A stretch of DNA of 36,698 bases from a virus. Lineage: Duplodnaviria > Caudoviricetes. Position numbers and translations under genes: made by a program. Below, in pieces: positions 18,508 to 27,219 of the stretch; position 1 is the first letter of the stretch; each line of letters begins with the position of its first letter. Location: the IMG/VR virus record IMGVR_UViG_3300032011_000046, positions 1-36,698 of that record. One strand, 5' to 3'. The notes under the pieces are model-generated. The model searched no databases. It was not told the origin of the DNA and saw only the letters and a list, made by a program, of their open reading frames with translations.

Positions 18508-20817
18508 ATGAGACTAGTAACCGCAACAGAAAAATATAGAGCCGTCAACGAAGGGACAATGGCTAAAAAGGAATTCGTAAGACAGATGAGACAGGAATTC
18601 CCACAATATATATCCCAATTTAATGGATTTAAAGACTCAGTAACTATATTGAAAAATAAAGGACTAATCTTTGAAACTAAACCTACAGGTACTGAAATAT
18701 ACGATGAAAGACCAGCTGCAAATATAGATTTGACTAGACTAGAAAGAGGTATATTTTATGAACTTCAAGCTGCAGGTTTAAAACCACCATTTGATGATAG
18801 AAATGTAACCACAGAAGAATACCTTAAAGCAGCTAAAAAAGCTAAAGATAATTTAATTAAGTACCCTAATTACTATATAGACATAGTAGCAGGTGAATCA
18901 ACTAATGTTGATAAACATGATAGAGAAGTACCTGTAAAAAGAGGTGAACTTAAAAAAGACTTATTTAACGATTTAAAAAAAGCTGATTTAAAAGAAGCTA
19001 AAAAAATGTTAAAAGAAGGTAGGCTAGAAGATCTAGCTGAAACTTTAGGTATTACTTTAGAAAAATTACAATCAGCAGTAAGTAGTATTAGAGAGATAGA
19101 AGATGAAGTAGTAGGTGAAGTAGAAGATGAAGTAGGAGAAGTAATGGGTATAGATAGGAAAGGTAACGAAAAACCAGATACTGGTGTAGGAGATGCTACT
19201 AAATATAAAGCAGCAGCTAAAAACTTAAAAGAAAATATCGCTTCTGCAATAGGAGCTATACACGATAAGTACGGAGAAATACCTGGTATTAATATGCTTA
19301 TTAAAGAGTTTATAAGAACTCATCATCAAGATATAATGGACGGTGCAGATCCTATAGAAGAGTTTAACGAATTTATTAGCGTTAACTATCCTGGTCCTAG
19401 CGATATGATGGGAGCAGACGGACTAGGTGAAGCAGAAGTTGAATTATCAGATGATGAAACAGCACGTCTAAAAGCTAAAGGAGAACTAGATAGAGATGCT
19501 AAGCTTCATGGTACTATGGACGAAAGAGAAGGAGACGATCACCACTATATTAAAATACCTAGAGCTCAGTTTAAGAAAGCAGAAGCTATTATAGCTAAAA
19601 ATATAGATGGTAACAAAGTAAAAATGGATTACGTTGATAATGACGGAGCAGGTAATGCTATTATCTACTTTATGTTTGACGACGGAGATATAGCTTCAGG
19701 AGAAGCTAATTCATTTACTTATGATGCAGTAAGAGATTTAGAAACATACGATATTAAAGTAGCAGATCATAGCGCTGAAATGGATGAAGGTGAAGTAATT
19801 CATCACGATTGTGCAAACCATGTATTACACGAAAAGTATGGACATGGTATATGTTTAGAAGGACAGCATACTTTATTAGAAGACGGTACAGTAACTCATT
19901 ATGATGTATTTTTTAAGGAAGGTAGTAAGACAGTAAAAAGTATTCCTTTAAATGAATTAGAAGTAATTAACTCTTCTCACCATGGACATAAAAGAAAAAA
20001 GAATGAAGATGAAATAATTGAAGCTGATCCAATCCCAACCGAACCAGGAATTTCTAAAATGGGTGATGATGGTAAAATGCATAATGTTAGAGCTTCTAAT
20101 CATGATAGAAAAATGGCTATGAGAAATGTAATTGACATTCTTAGAGACGAATTATCAGTTGGCACAAATGACGCTTTGGATTATATTAGAACACATAAAG
20201 ATGATTTATTTAGTGGTGAAGTAGATGCTTATGATAAAGATGAAGTAGTAAGAGACTTTAAAGAATACGAATCAGTTAACGAAAAGAAAGGTAAAGATCA
20301 TGACGGAGACGGAGACGTTGATGGAGATGATTATATGCATGCTAAAGATAAAGCTATTAAAAAAGCAATGGGTAAAGATGAGCAGTTAAAAGAAGCTATC
20401 AAAGGGCTTATAAAAAAGTCTTTAAACGAAGATACTATAAATGAAGCTGCTACTCAAGAATTAGCTGCTTTAGCTGATACTTATGGTGGTTATAAAGGTA
20501 TGCAAGTTGTATTAAATGATTTGCAAAACATAGTTACTGACATAGAATCTTATCAAGCTAAGACTAAAGAAAAACTACAAAACGTATTTAATAAAGTAGG
20601 AGATGTAGAAAATGAAGATGGTCTAAAAGTTGGTGCATTTTTAGCACCTGCTATAGAATCAGCATTTAATAAAGATTCAAGAATGGTTGGAGGTAATAGA
20701 TTAATGAAGGGAGTTAATATACCTAAAGTAAAGTTTATGTCTAAAGATATAGAAACTCCTCAAAACGAAACATCTCCAAAACAAACTGTATTCGCACCAG
20801 TAAAAAGATATTTTTAA
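18508..20817 (+). CDS. Large acidic modular protein (candidate internal head polyprotein)
   Basis: 769 aa; many xNE/LKE/MDE junctions; His/Cys-rich module and a DxDxDG loop. Confidence 0.75.
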   Translation: MRLVTATEKYRAVNEGTMAKKEFVRQMRQEFPQYISQFNGFKDSVTILKNKGLIFETKPTGTEIYDERPAANIDLTRLERGIFYELQAAGLKPPFDDRNVTTEEYLKAAKKAKDNLIKYPNYYIDIVAGESTNVDKHDREVPVKRGELKKDLFNDLKKADLKEAKKMLKEGRLEDLAETLGITLEKLQSAVSSIREIEDEVVGEVEDEVGEVMGIDRKGNEKPDTGVGDATKYKAAAKNLKENIASAIGAIHDKYGEIPGINMLIKEFIRTHHQDIMDGADPIEEFNEFISVNYPGPSDMMGADGLGEAEVELSDDETARLKAKGELDRDAKLHGTMDEREGDDHHYIKIPRAQFKKAEAIIAKNIDGNKVKMDYVDNDGAGNAIIYFMFDDGDIASGEANSFTYDAVRDLETYDIKVADHSAEMDEGEVIHHDCANHVLHEKYGHGICLEGQHTLLEDGTVTHYDVFFKEGSKTVKSIPLNELEVINSSHHGHKRKKNEDEIIEADPIPTEPGISKMGDDGKMHNVRASNHDRKMAMRNVIDILRDELSVGTNDALDYIRTHKDDLFSGEVDAYDKDEVVRDFKEYESVNEKKGKDHDGDGDVDGDDYMHAKDKAIKKAMGKDEQLKEAIKGLIKKSLNEDTINEAATQELAALADTYGGYKGMQVVLNDLQNIVTDIESYQAKTKEKLQNVFNKVGDVENEDGLKVGAFLAPAIESAFNKDSRMVGGNRLMKGVNIPKVKFMSKDIETPQNETSPKQTVFAPVKRYF

Positions 20818-20818
20818 T

Positions 20819-21397
20819 ATGGCACAATTATTAGTAGACGTAACACCATTTAAACCTACCATTAGAGAAGCTAAAGGAAGACCTGGAGTATTTGAAGTAG
20901 AAGGCATAATGCAAAGAGCATTAGCTGAAAACCAAAATGGTAGAATATATAAGAAGGATTTATTAGCTAGAGAAGCCAAAAAGTATGTAAGTGAATTTGT
21001 TAAGAAAGGTAATGCATTCGGTGAATTAGATCATCCTGAAACTCCTGTAGTATCACTTAAAAATGCTTCACATGTAGTAAAAGACTTATGGTGGGACGGT
21101 AATGATCTAATGGGAAGAGTAGAACTATTAAATACCCCAGCTGGTAATATAGTAAAAGAAATAATTAAAGCTGGCCACACTATCGGTATATCATCTAGAG
21201 GTACTGGATCAGTAACTCAAACTAACGAAGGACATTTAGAAGTACAACCAGATTTTGAATTAGTATGCTGGGATTTTGTATCTAATCCTTCAACTCACGG
21301 TGCTTTTATGAATCCTGTAGCTCTTAATGAAGCTAAAGTAAAAGCCTCTAAATATTCTAGTTTAGATAATATCATAAACGATATTTTAAGAGCATAA
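20819..21397 (+). CDS. gp21: Prohead core protease (T4 gp21-like)
   Basis: NQNGRIY, GELDHP, GISSRGTGS and WDFVSNPS catalytic motifs. Confidence 0.95.
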   Translation: MAQLLVDVTPFKPTIREAKGRPGVFEVEGIMQRALAENQNGRIYKKDLLAREAKKYVSEFVKKGNAFGELDHPETPVVSLKNASHVVKDLWWDGNDLMGRVELLNTPAGNIVKEIIKAGHTIGISSRGTGSVTQTNEGHLEVQPDFELVCWDFVSNPSTHGAFMNPVALNEAKVKASKYSSLDNIINDILRA

Positions 21398-21417
21398 CGG
21401 TTTCCAGAAAAAGTATA

Positions 21418-21425
21418 TATTTATA
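21418..21425 (+). promoter_or_regulatory. TATTTATA motif (putative late promoter of scaffold-capsid transcript)
   Basis: Intergenic; followed by a leader with two hairpins. Confidence 0.6.
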
Positions 21426-21518
21426 TAAAGAATATGCAATCTATATATTGCATCTGACACTTTTATAATTCTTATTACGATTCCTAATAATCGTAGAATC
21501 ACAAACAATTTTTTTAAA

Positions 21519-22706
21519 ATGGCAAACAAAGATTTATTCAAGCAAGCTATTGCTGAAGCTAAGTCTGTAAGAGAAGCCGCTATTGCTAACGCTAAGGAAG
21601 CTTTAGAAGAGTCTTTAACTCCTCATCTAAAAGATATGTTAGCTGCTAAACTTCAAGAAATGGATGACTCCAAGAACGAAGAGGCAGAAAACGTAAACGA
21701 AGAAGAGGTAGAAGAAGGAATGCACGACAAGAAAAAAGATGAAGCGCATGACAAAAAAGACGAAGCTAAGCACGGTAAAAAAGACGAATCAATAGAAGAA
21801 TCTGAAGAAATATCTGAAGATGAAACTATCGAGGAAGCTCCTAAAGACGAAGAGCATAACGAAGCTTACAACGACAAAGACGAAGCATTAGATGCTGAAG
21901 CAAACGAAGCTGAGGATGATTCAGAAGAATCTGAAGACGAAGCTGAAGACCATGACGCTCCTGAAGGTGATGAGGATGTAAGTAATTTAACTGTTGATCA
22001 GTTTAAGGACCTTATTAGAGACATTATAGCTCAAGAAGTTGGGGACGGAGCAGAAGCACCTGCAGACATGGATGCTGGAGATATCGAAGGTATGGGCGAT
22101 GAGCCTGCTATCGATGAACCAGTTGACGGTATGGAGGTCGAAGACGAAGAAGAGATTGATTTAGATGAACTATTAGCTGAACTTGAAGCAACTGCGGAAG
22201 TTAATGAAGCTCCTAAAGATCATGAGAAAAATGAAAAAGCTCATGATAAGAAAGAGAAGAATGAAGCTCCTAAGGAGAAGAAGGAAGAAGCTACTATAAA
22301 AGAAAAAGTTAACGAAGAGGTAGAAGAAACTAATGATGAGTTATCTCAAGCATTAGAGACTATCGAAACTCTTAAAAAAGAATTGAATGAAGTAAATATA
22401 CTAAATTCAAAACTTTTATATGTTAACAAGATCTTTAAATCTAATGACCTTTCAGAAAGTCAAAAAGTTAACATTATAGCTGCTTTTGATAAAGCAGAAA
22501 CTGTTAAAGAGGTTAAATTAGTTTATGAAACTGTTTCTGACAGTGTAGTTAGTAAAAAAGAAGCTAACAACACTATTAAAGAATCAAAAACTAAACTAGG
22601 CATGGCTTCTAAAGCAACAGGAACTACAGCTTCTAAACCAGAAGTAATAAACGAAGTTTCTGATACTGTTAGAAGAATGCAAAAATTAGCCGGTATTATT
22701 AAGTAA
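21519..22706 (+). CDS. Prohead scaffolding protein (gp22-like position)
   Basis: Very acidic/coiled-coil; lies between protease and capsid; ends RMQKLAGII. Confidence 0.8.
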   Translation: MANKDLFKQAIAEAKSVREAAIANAKEALEESLTPHLKDMLAAKLQEMDDSKNEEAENVNEEEVEEGMHDKKKDEAHDKKDEAKHGKKDESIEESEEISEDETIEEAPKDEEHNEAYNDKDEALDAEANEAEDDSEESEDEAEDHDAPEGDEDVSNLTVDQFKDLIRDIIAQEVGDGAEAPADMDAGDIEGMGDEPAIDEPVDGMEVEDEEEIDLDELLAELEATAEVNEAPKDHEKNEKAHDKKEKNEAPKEKKEEATIKEKVNEEVEETNDELSQALETIETLKKELNEVNILNSKLLYVNKIFKSNDLSESQKVNIIAAFDKAETVKEVKLVYETVSDSVVSKKEANNTIKESKTKLGMASKATGTTASKPEVINEVSDTVRRMQKLAGIIK

Positions 22707-22741
22707 ATTTATTATTAACGAAACTTTAATTTTTTTAAAAC

Positions 22742-24331
22742 ATGGAAATTAACAACCTATTAGAGAGCTCGAACAACTACAAAAGTATGCTAGCTGACTC
22801 TCAAAAGTTAGCCAACAAATGGCAAGATTCCGGTTTGTTAGAAGGTATCGAGGATAACAGAGTCAAGAACAACATGGCTATGATCCTTGAAAACCAAGCT
22901 AAACAAATCGTTGCTGAGGCTAACGTAACTGGAACTGGCGGTAGTTTTACTGCTGGTGAAGGAGAGCAGTGGGCAGGCGTAGCCTTACCTTTGGTAAGAA
23001 AAGTGTTCGCTCAAATTGTTGCTCAAGACTTCGTTTCTGTACAACCAATGAATTTACCTTCAGGTCTAGTATTCTATTTAGATTTTAAATATGGATCAAA
23101 CCTTTCAGGTAGAACAGCTGGTACTAACATGTACGGTAATGTATCTTCAGCATCAAACAAAATGAGTGTTGATGAGGAAGTTTCTGGTGGTCTTTACGGC
23201 GCAGGTCAATTTGGATATTCAATGAAATCTGCTTCTGTCGCTTTTCAAGCTGACACAGGATCCGCTACTTCAGCATCTATCGCTTACAACGACGATCTAG
23301 TTCTTGACCAATTCAAGACAGTTACTAAATCATTATCTGGTTTAAGTGCTGACTTAAAAGGTGTAAGAGCATTTAGATTCTTTTCTGGTTCAACAGACGT
23401 TACTTCACACCCTGAATTAACTACTGTATCTGGCAACAACGTAACATTTGTTATTACAGCATCAAATGTAACAGCTGCAGGAGACGGTGGTATCACAGGA
23501 TCTGTAATGTACTACAAGCAACCAGCTGACAACTCGAGAGGTGATTTTGAAGCAAGTTCAACTGCTGCAGTCGATTCTTCAATCACAATCCCTAACGTAG
23601 ATGTAAAATTAGCTAGTGAGGCAATTGTTGCTAAAACTAGAAAATTAAAAGCACAATGGACTCCTGAGTTCGCTCAAGATCTTAACGCATACCACAGTAT
23701 TGACGCTGAGGCTGAGTTAACTTCTTTATTGAGTGAATATATTTCAATGGAAATTGATCTAGAGATCCTTGACATGCTTATTCAAGACGCAGTAACTACT
23801 GAGAGATGGTCTGTTAAATCAAACAGAGTATGGAATGGATCGGCTTGGGCTAACTTAAGTCCTATCTATTACAATACTCAAGGAGAATGGTTCCAAACAT
23901 TAGGAACTAAGATCCAAAAAGTATCTAACAAGATTCACCAAAAAACTCTTAGAGGTGGTGCGAACTTCATCGTTTGTTCTCCAAACGTTGCAACTATTCT
24001 AGAATCAATTCCAGGATATGCTGCTAATACTGATGGTGATCAAATGGACTTCAACTTTGGTGTACAAAGAGTTGGAAACCTTGCTAACAGATTCAGAGTA
24101 TATAAGAATCCTTATATGACTGAAAACATCCTATTAATGGGATATAGAGGTTCACAATTCCTTGAAACTGGTGCAGTATATGCTCCATATGTACCATTGA
24201 TGATGACTCCTTTAGTATACGATCCTGAAACCTTCACTCCTAGAAAAGGTTTAATGACTCGATATGCTAAGAAGATGATCAGACCAGAATTCTACGGAAA
24301 AGTATTTATCTCAGATCTTAACGATTTATAA
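22742..24331 (+). CDS. gp23: Major capsid protein (T4 gp23-like)
   Basis: ILENQ, LPLVRKV, VQPMNLPSGLVF, AKTRKLKAQWTPEFAQDLNAYH, DAEAEL, YAPYVPL and GLMTRY. Confidence 0.97.
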   Translation: MEINNLLESSNNYKSMLADSQKLANKWQDSGLLEGIEDNRVKNNMAMILENQAKQIVAEANVTGTGGSFTAGEGEQWAGVALPLVRKVFAQIVAQDFVSVQPMNLPSGLVFYLDFKYGSNLSGRTAGTNMYGNVSSASNKMSVDEEVSGGLYGAGQFGYSMKSASVAFQADTGSATSASIAYNDDLVLDQFKTVTKSLSGLSADLKGVRAFRFFSGSTDVTSHPELTTVSGNNVTFVITASNVTAAGDGGITGSVMYYKQPADNSRGDFEASSTAAVDSSITIPNVDVKLASEAIVAKTRKLKAQWTPEFAQDLNAYHSIDAEAELTSLLSEYISMEIDLEILDMLIQDAVTTERWSVKSNRVWNGSAWANLSPIYYNTQGEWFQTLGTKIQKVSNKIHQKTLRGGANFIVCSPNVATILESIPGYAANTDGDQMDFNFGVQRVGNLANRFRVYKNPYMTENILLMGYRGSQFLETGAVYAPYVPLMMTPLVYDPETFTPRKGLMTRYAKKMIRPEFYGKVFISDLNDL

Positions 24332-24356
24332 GATATAACTTTTAGAATTTTTTGAT

Positions 24357-24388
24357 AAAGAGAGGTCCTAACGGGCCTCTTTTTTTTT
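24357..24388 (+). terminator. Rho-independent terminator
   Basis: AGAGGTCC-TAAC-GGGCCTCT stem followed by a T run, just after the capsid gene. Confidence 0.9.
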
Positions 24389-24391
24389 GCC

Positions 24392-24399
24392 TATTTATA
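24392..24399 (+). promoter_or_regulatory. TATTTATA motif (putative late promoter)
   Basis: Immediately after the terminator. Confidence 0.6.
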
Positions 24400-24467
24400 A
24401 TCATGGAATTCCTTTCTATTATAGAAGTCGGACAGTTATCTATGTCTAACTAAAAACCCAATTAAAT

Positions 24468-24704
24468 ATGGATTTTTTAAAGAAGATCGGCTCTTGGGCC
24501 AATCAATTAACTGAAATCGGTGTAAGTATAATTGCACTGGGAGTTGTACTAGAAGTGCTCTTTAAGGGCGCAGTCATCCCATTCTGGCCAAATGTGTCTG
24601 TGGTAGATAATATCATGGGTATATTGGGTGGATTGAGCAATGAAGGATTACTTGGATTAGTAGGTGCCTTCGTCTTATACCATATTCTCAAAAAGAAAGG
24701 TTAA
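24468..24704 (+). CDS. Small membrane protein
   Basis: 78 aa; hydrophobic segments IGVSIIALGVVLEVLF and GLLGLVGAFVLYHIL; KKKG tail. Confidence 0.8.
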   Translation: MDFLKKIGSWANQLTEIGVSIIALGVVLEVLFKGAVIPFWPNVSVVDNIMGILGGLSNEGLLGLVGAFVLYHILKKKG

Positions 24705-24712
24705 GAATAACT

Positions 24713-24742
24713 AAAGAGAGGCTTTCGGGCCTCTTTTTTTTT
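24713..24742 (+). terminator. Rho-independent terminator
   Basis: AGAGGCT-TTCG-GGCCTCT stem followed by a T run. Confidence 0.9.
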
Positions 24743-24745
24743 AAC

Positions 24746-24753
24746 TATTTATA
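24746..24753 (+). promoter_or_regulatory. TATTTATA motif (putative late promoter)
   Basis: After the terminator, 14 nt before ATG 24768. Confidence 0.6.
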
Positions 24754-24767
24754 ATAAAAAATATAAG

Positions 24768-25190
24768 ATGGCTAATTTAAATTACTTTATCCAAGAGAGA
24801 GTTAAATTGAACGGAAAGGAAAGAGGTACAAGCTTTAACGTAGCTTTACCATCTGCTAGTAATGCCTCTGAAAGAGTATTAGATATAACATCAGGTTCAT
24901 TTTCTGATGTAGTAGACTTCTCTGGTACTGCTGGAGCAGGTCAATTTGTTAGCAGTAGTTTAATGTATTTTAGATTTACTAATCACTCTACAGGTTCAGT
25001 AATATTACAAGTGTCTTCTTCTACTGAAAACTTTAATATAGCAGTAGCAGGTTCAGGAAGCTTTATGATTAATACTACTTCCTTTACTGGTAGTTTTCAA
25101 AATGTAACCTCATTCGACAATATTACTAAAATTAAAGCTACCCCAGTTGATACAACATCAACAGTTGAGTACTTTTTAGTATCTAAATAA
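24768..25190 (+). CDS. Hypothetical beta-rich virion protein
   Basis: 140 aa, S/T/F-rich, within the structural module. Confidence 0.65.
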   Translation: MANLNYFIQERVKLNGKERGTSFNVALPSASNASERVLDITSGSFSDVVDFSGTAGAGQFVSSSLMYFRFTNHSTGSVILQVSSSTENFNIAVAGSGSFMINTTSFTGSFQNVTSFDNITKIKATPVDTTSTVEYFLVSK

Positions 25191-25196
25191 TAAACT

Positions 25197-26402
25197 ATGG
25201 CTAATATAGCAATATACGATGGAAACGCAAACTTTGTAGCAGGTGAATCAACTCCCTTTGGTTTCTACGATGATGATTTAGAGTTTCAGAAGGATGCACC
25301 TAAGGTAGCTGAGTACTGTGCTAAGAAACTAGGATTTCCTATGATGGACGTGGAGTTAAGCTCTGGTTCATTCTTTGCTGCATTTGAAGAAGCAGTTACT
25401 TCTTACGGTAATGAAGTATATCAAGCATTAGCTGCACAACAGTTTACTAATTTGCAAGGTCAATCAAGTGCTGAAGCAATAAATACGCTTTTAATTAAAC
25501 CTTCTTTAGAAAATACTATAAGAACTTCTCATCAATACGGTATGGAAGCCGGAGTTGGTGGTTTTACCACAAAATATACAGGATCTATAGCTGTAAATAA
25601 AGATCAACAGAACTATAACTTAAATGCTTGGGCATCTGACCAAGGAATAGTAGGTGGAATAGAGATAAGAAAGGTATTTTATGAAGCTCCTCCTGCAATC
25701 CAAAGGTTTTTCGACCCATATGCAGGTACAGGTACAGGTATTCAGTCATTAATGGATGCTTTCGACTTTGGATCATTTAGTCCTGGTATTAATTTCATGT
25801 TAATGCCTATTTCTTACGATTTAGCTAAGATACAGGCTATTGAATTAAACGATCAAGTAAGAAAATCTGCTTATTCCTTTGAAATAGTTAATAATCAACT
25901 TAAATTATTTCCTATACCTAAAGAAACAGGTAGTTTATACTTCGAATACTATAAAAGAGAAGAAAAAAGATACGTTGATGATGGATTACATGTAACAGCA
26001 TCAGCTGAGGCAGGTAGTAAAGTAAGTGGAGGCGGTAGTTCTACTTCAAATAGCGGTACTATTACCAACTTATCTAACGTACCTACAGAAAACCCTATAT
26101 ATGCTGAAATTAATTCTACAGGTAGACAGTGGATCTTTAAATATACTGCTACTATTTGTAAAGAGATGCTTGCTTATGTAAGAGGTAAGTACCAAACAGT
26201 ACCAGTACCTGGATCAGAAGCTACTTTAAACCAAGCAGACTTACTATCTGATGTTAGAAGTGAAAAAGAATCATATATAACTGAATTAAGAGAATTATTA
26301 AGTCAAGCTTCTTTAAATAACCAGTTAGAATTACAAGCACAACAGACACAATACTTAGGAGATGCTCTAAAAGGAGTACCAATGGGGATATATATAGGAT
26401 AA
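25197..26402 (+). CDS. Neck/head-tail adaptor protein (T4 gp13-like)
   Basis: KKLGFPMMDVEL; C-terminal WIFKY...KEMLAYVRGKY..VPVPG..TLN..LL and PMGIYIG pattern typical of gp13. Confidence 0.75.
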   Translation: MANIAIYDGNANFVAGESTPFGFYDDDLEFQKDAPKVAEYCAKKLGFPMMDVELSSGSFFAAFEEAVTSYGNEVYQALAAQQFTNLQGQSSAEAINTLLIKPSLENTIRTSHQYGMEAGVGGFTTKYTGSIAVNKDQQNYNLNAWASDQGIVGGIEIRKVFYEAPPAIQRFFDPYAGTGTGIQSLMDAFDFGSFSPGINFMLMPISYDLAKIQAIELNDQVRKSAYSFEIVNNQLKLFPIPKETGSLYFEYYKREEKRYVDDGLHVTASAEAGSKVSGGGSSTSNSGTITNLSNVPTENPIYAEINSTGRQWIFKYTATICKEMLAYVRGKYQTVPVPGSEATLNQADLLSDVRSEKESYITELRELLSQASLNNQLELQAQQTQYLGDALKGVPMGIYIG

Positions 26403-26704
26403 TGAAGCTATTAGATATATTAAGAGAACAAATAGAATTTAGAACATACGAAGGTATGGTACAGGTTATATATGATGGTAGCGAAAATACTAATGACTTA
26501 GCTGAACTATTAAGAGCTTTACCAGGTGTAACAACAGTAACTACAGCCTCAGGTGATGGAGATAATAGAGAAACACTTAAAGTAAAGTTAATATCACAGA
26601 AAGAATCAGCTGAAGCATTTGAAGCTTTTAAAACTAATGCATTAAATAAGTATGAATTTATAAGTGCTATGGAAATAGCAGATAATACTATAGAAGAGAA
26701 GTAA
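26402..26704 (+). CDS. Hypothetical protein with MKLLDILRE leader
   Basis: 100 aa; LRALPGVTTV suggests a small ferredoxin/ACT-like fold. Confidence 0.7.
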   Translation: MKLLDILREQIEFRTYEGMVQVIYDGSENTNDLAELLRALPGVTTVTTASGDGDNRETLKVKLISQKESAEAFEAFKTNALNKYEFISAMEIADNTIEEK

Positions 26705-27204
26705 TGTTATTTGGAAGTAATAGAGATTTTGAATTATTAGTAAAAGTAAATAGAGAACTACTTAAAGATATTGTAGAACAAGAGATATTATTCTATAAAC
26801 TTAATTTAGAAGAGACTGATGCTAATATATATGGAGAAGCACTTACAAAAAGCTATTTTGTGCCAGCTAAACTTAATTGTTTAATAACAAGAGGGGATCA
26901 AGTAGTAAGTATTGATGACTTTACCTTACCAGACCTACAGAGAGAAGCATCTTTTGCATTTTTAAGACCTGATTTAGAAGATATAAGTGTAGTTCCTGAA
27001 GTAGGAGATATAATTAATTGGCAAGAAGATTACTATATAGTAGATACTGTAAGAGAAAATCAATTAATGCTAGGAAGAGATAAGAGTTACAATTTAACAT
27101 CATACGGAAATAAGTTTGGTTCATCTATTTCTATCATCTGTGATACTCATATGACAAAAAGAGAATCAACAGGTATTGATTTTGAAGGAACTGCTTATTT
27201 ATAA
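26704..27204 (+). CDS. Head closure/neck protein (gp14-like)
   Basis: NIYGEA and PEVGDII motifs; follows the gp13-like gene. Confidence 0.6.
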   Translation: MLFGSNRDFELLVKVNRELLKDIVEQEILFYKLNLEETDANIYGEALTKSYFVPAKLNCLITRGDQVVSIDDFTLPDLQREASFAFLRPDLEDISVVPEVGDIINWQEDYYIVDTVRENQLMLGRDKSYNLTSYGNKFGSSISIICDTHMTKRESTGIDFEGTAYL

Positions 27205-27219
27205 TTAATAAACTAAAGT

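Noticed and set aside
19099-19143. Imperfect 12-bp tandem repeat encoding EDEVVGEVEDEVGEV
   Set aside because: Short in-frame low-complexity slippage with no independent function evident
9481-20817. Two proteins of identical length (769 aa)
   Set aside because: No alignable similarity by eye; treated as coincidence
13908-24331. Introns or inteins in terminase, portal or capsid; tRNA genes in the gaps
   Set aside because: ORFs are continuous and of expected size with no intein motifs; no cloverleaf or T-loop signature seen in intergenic gaps
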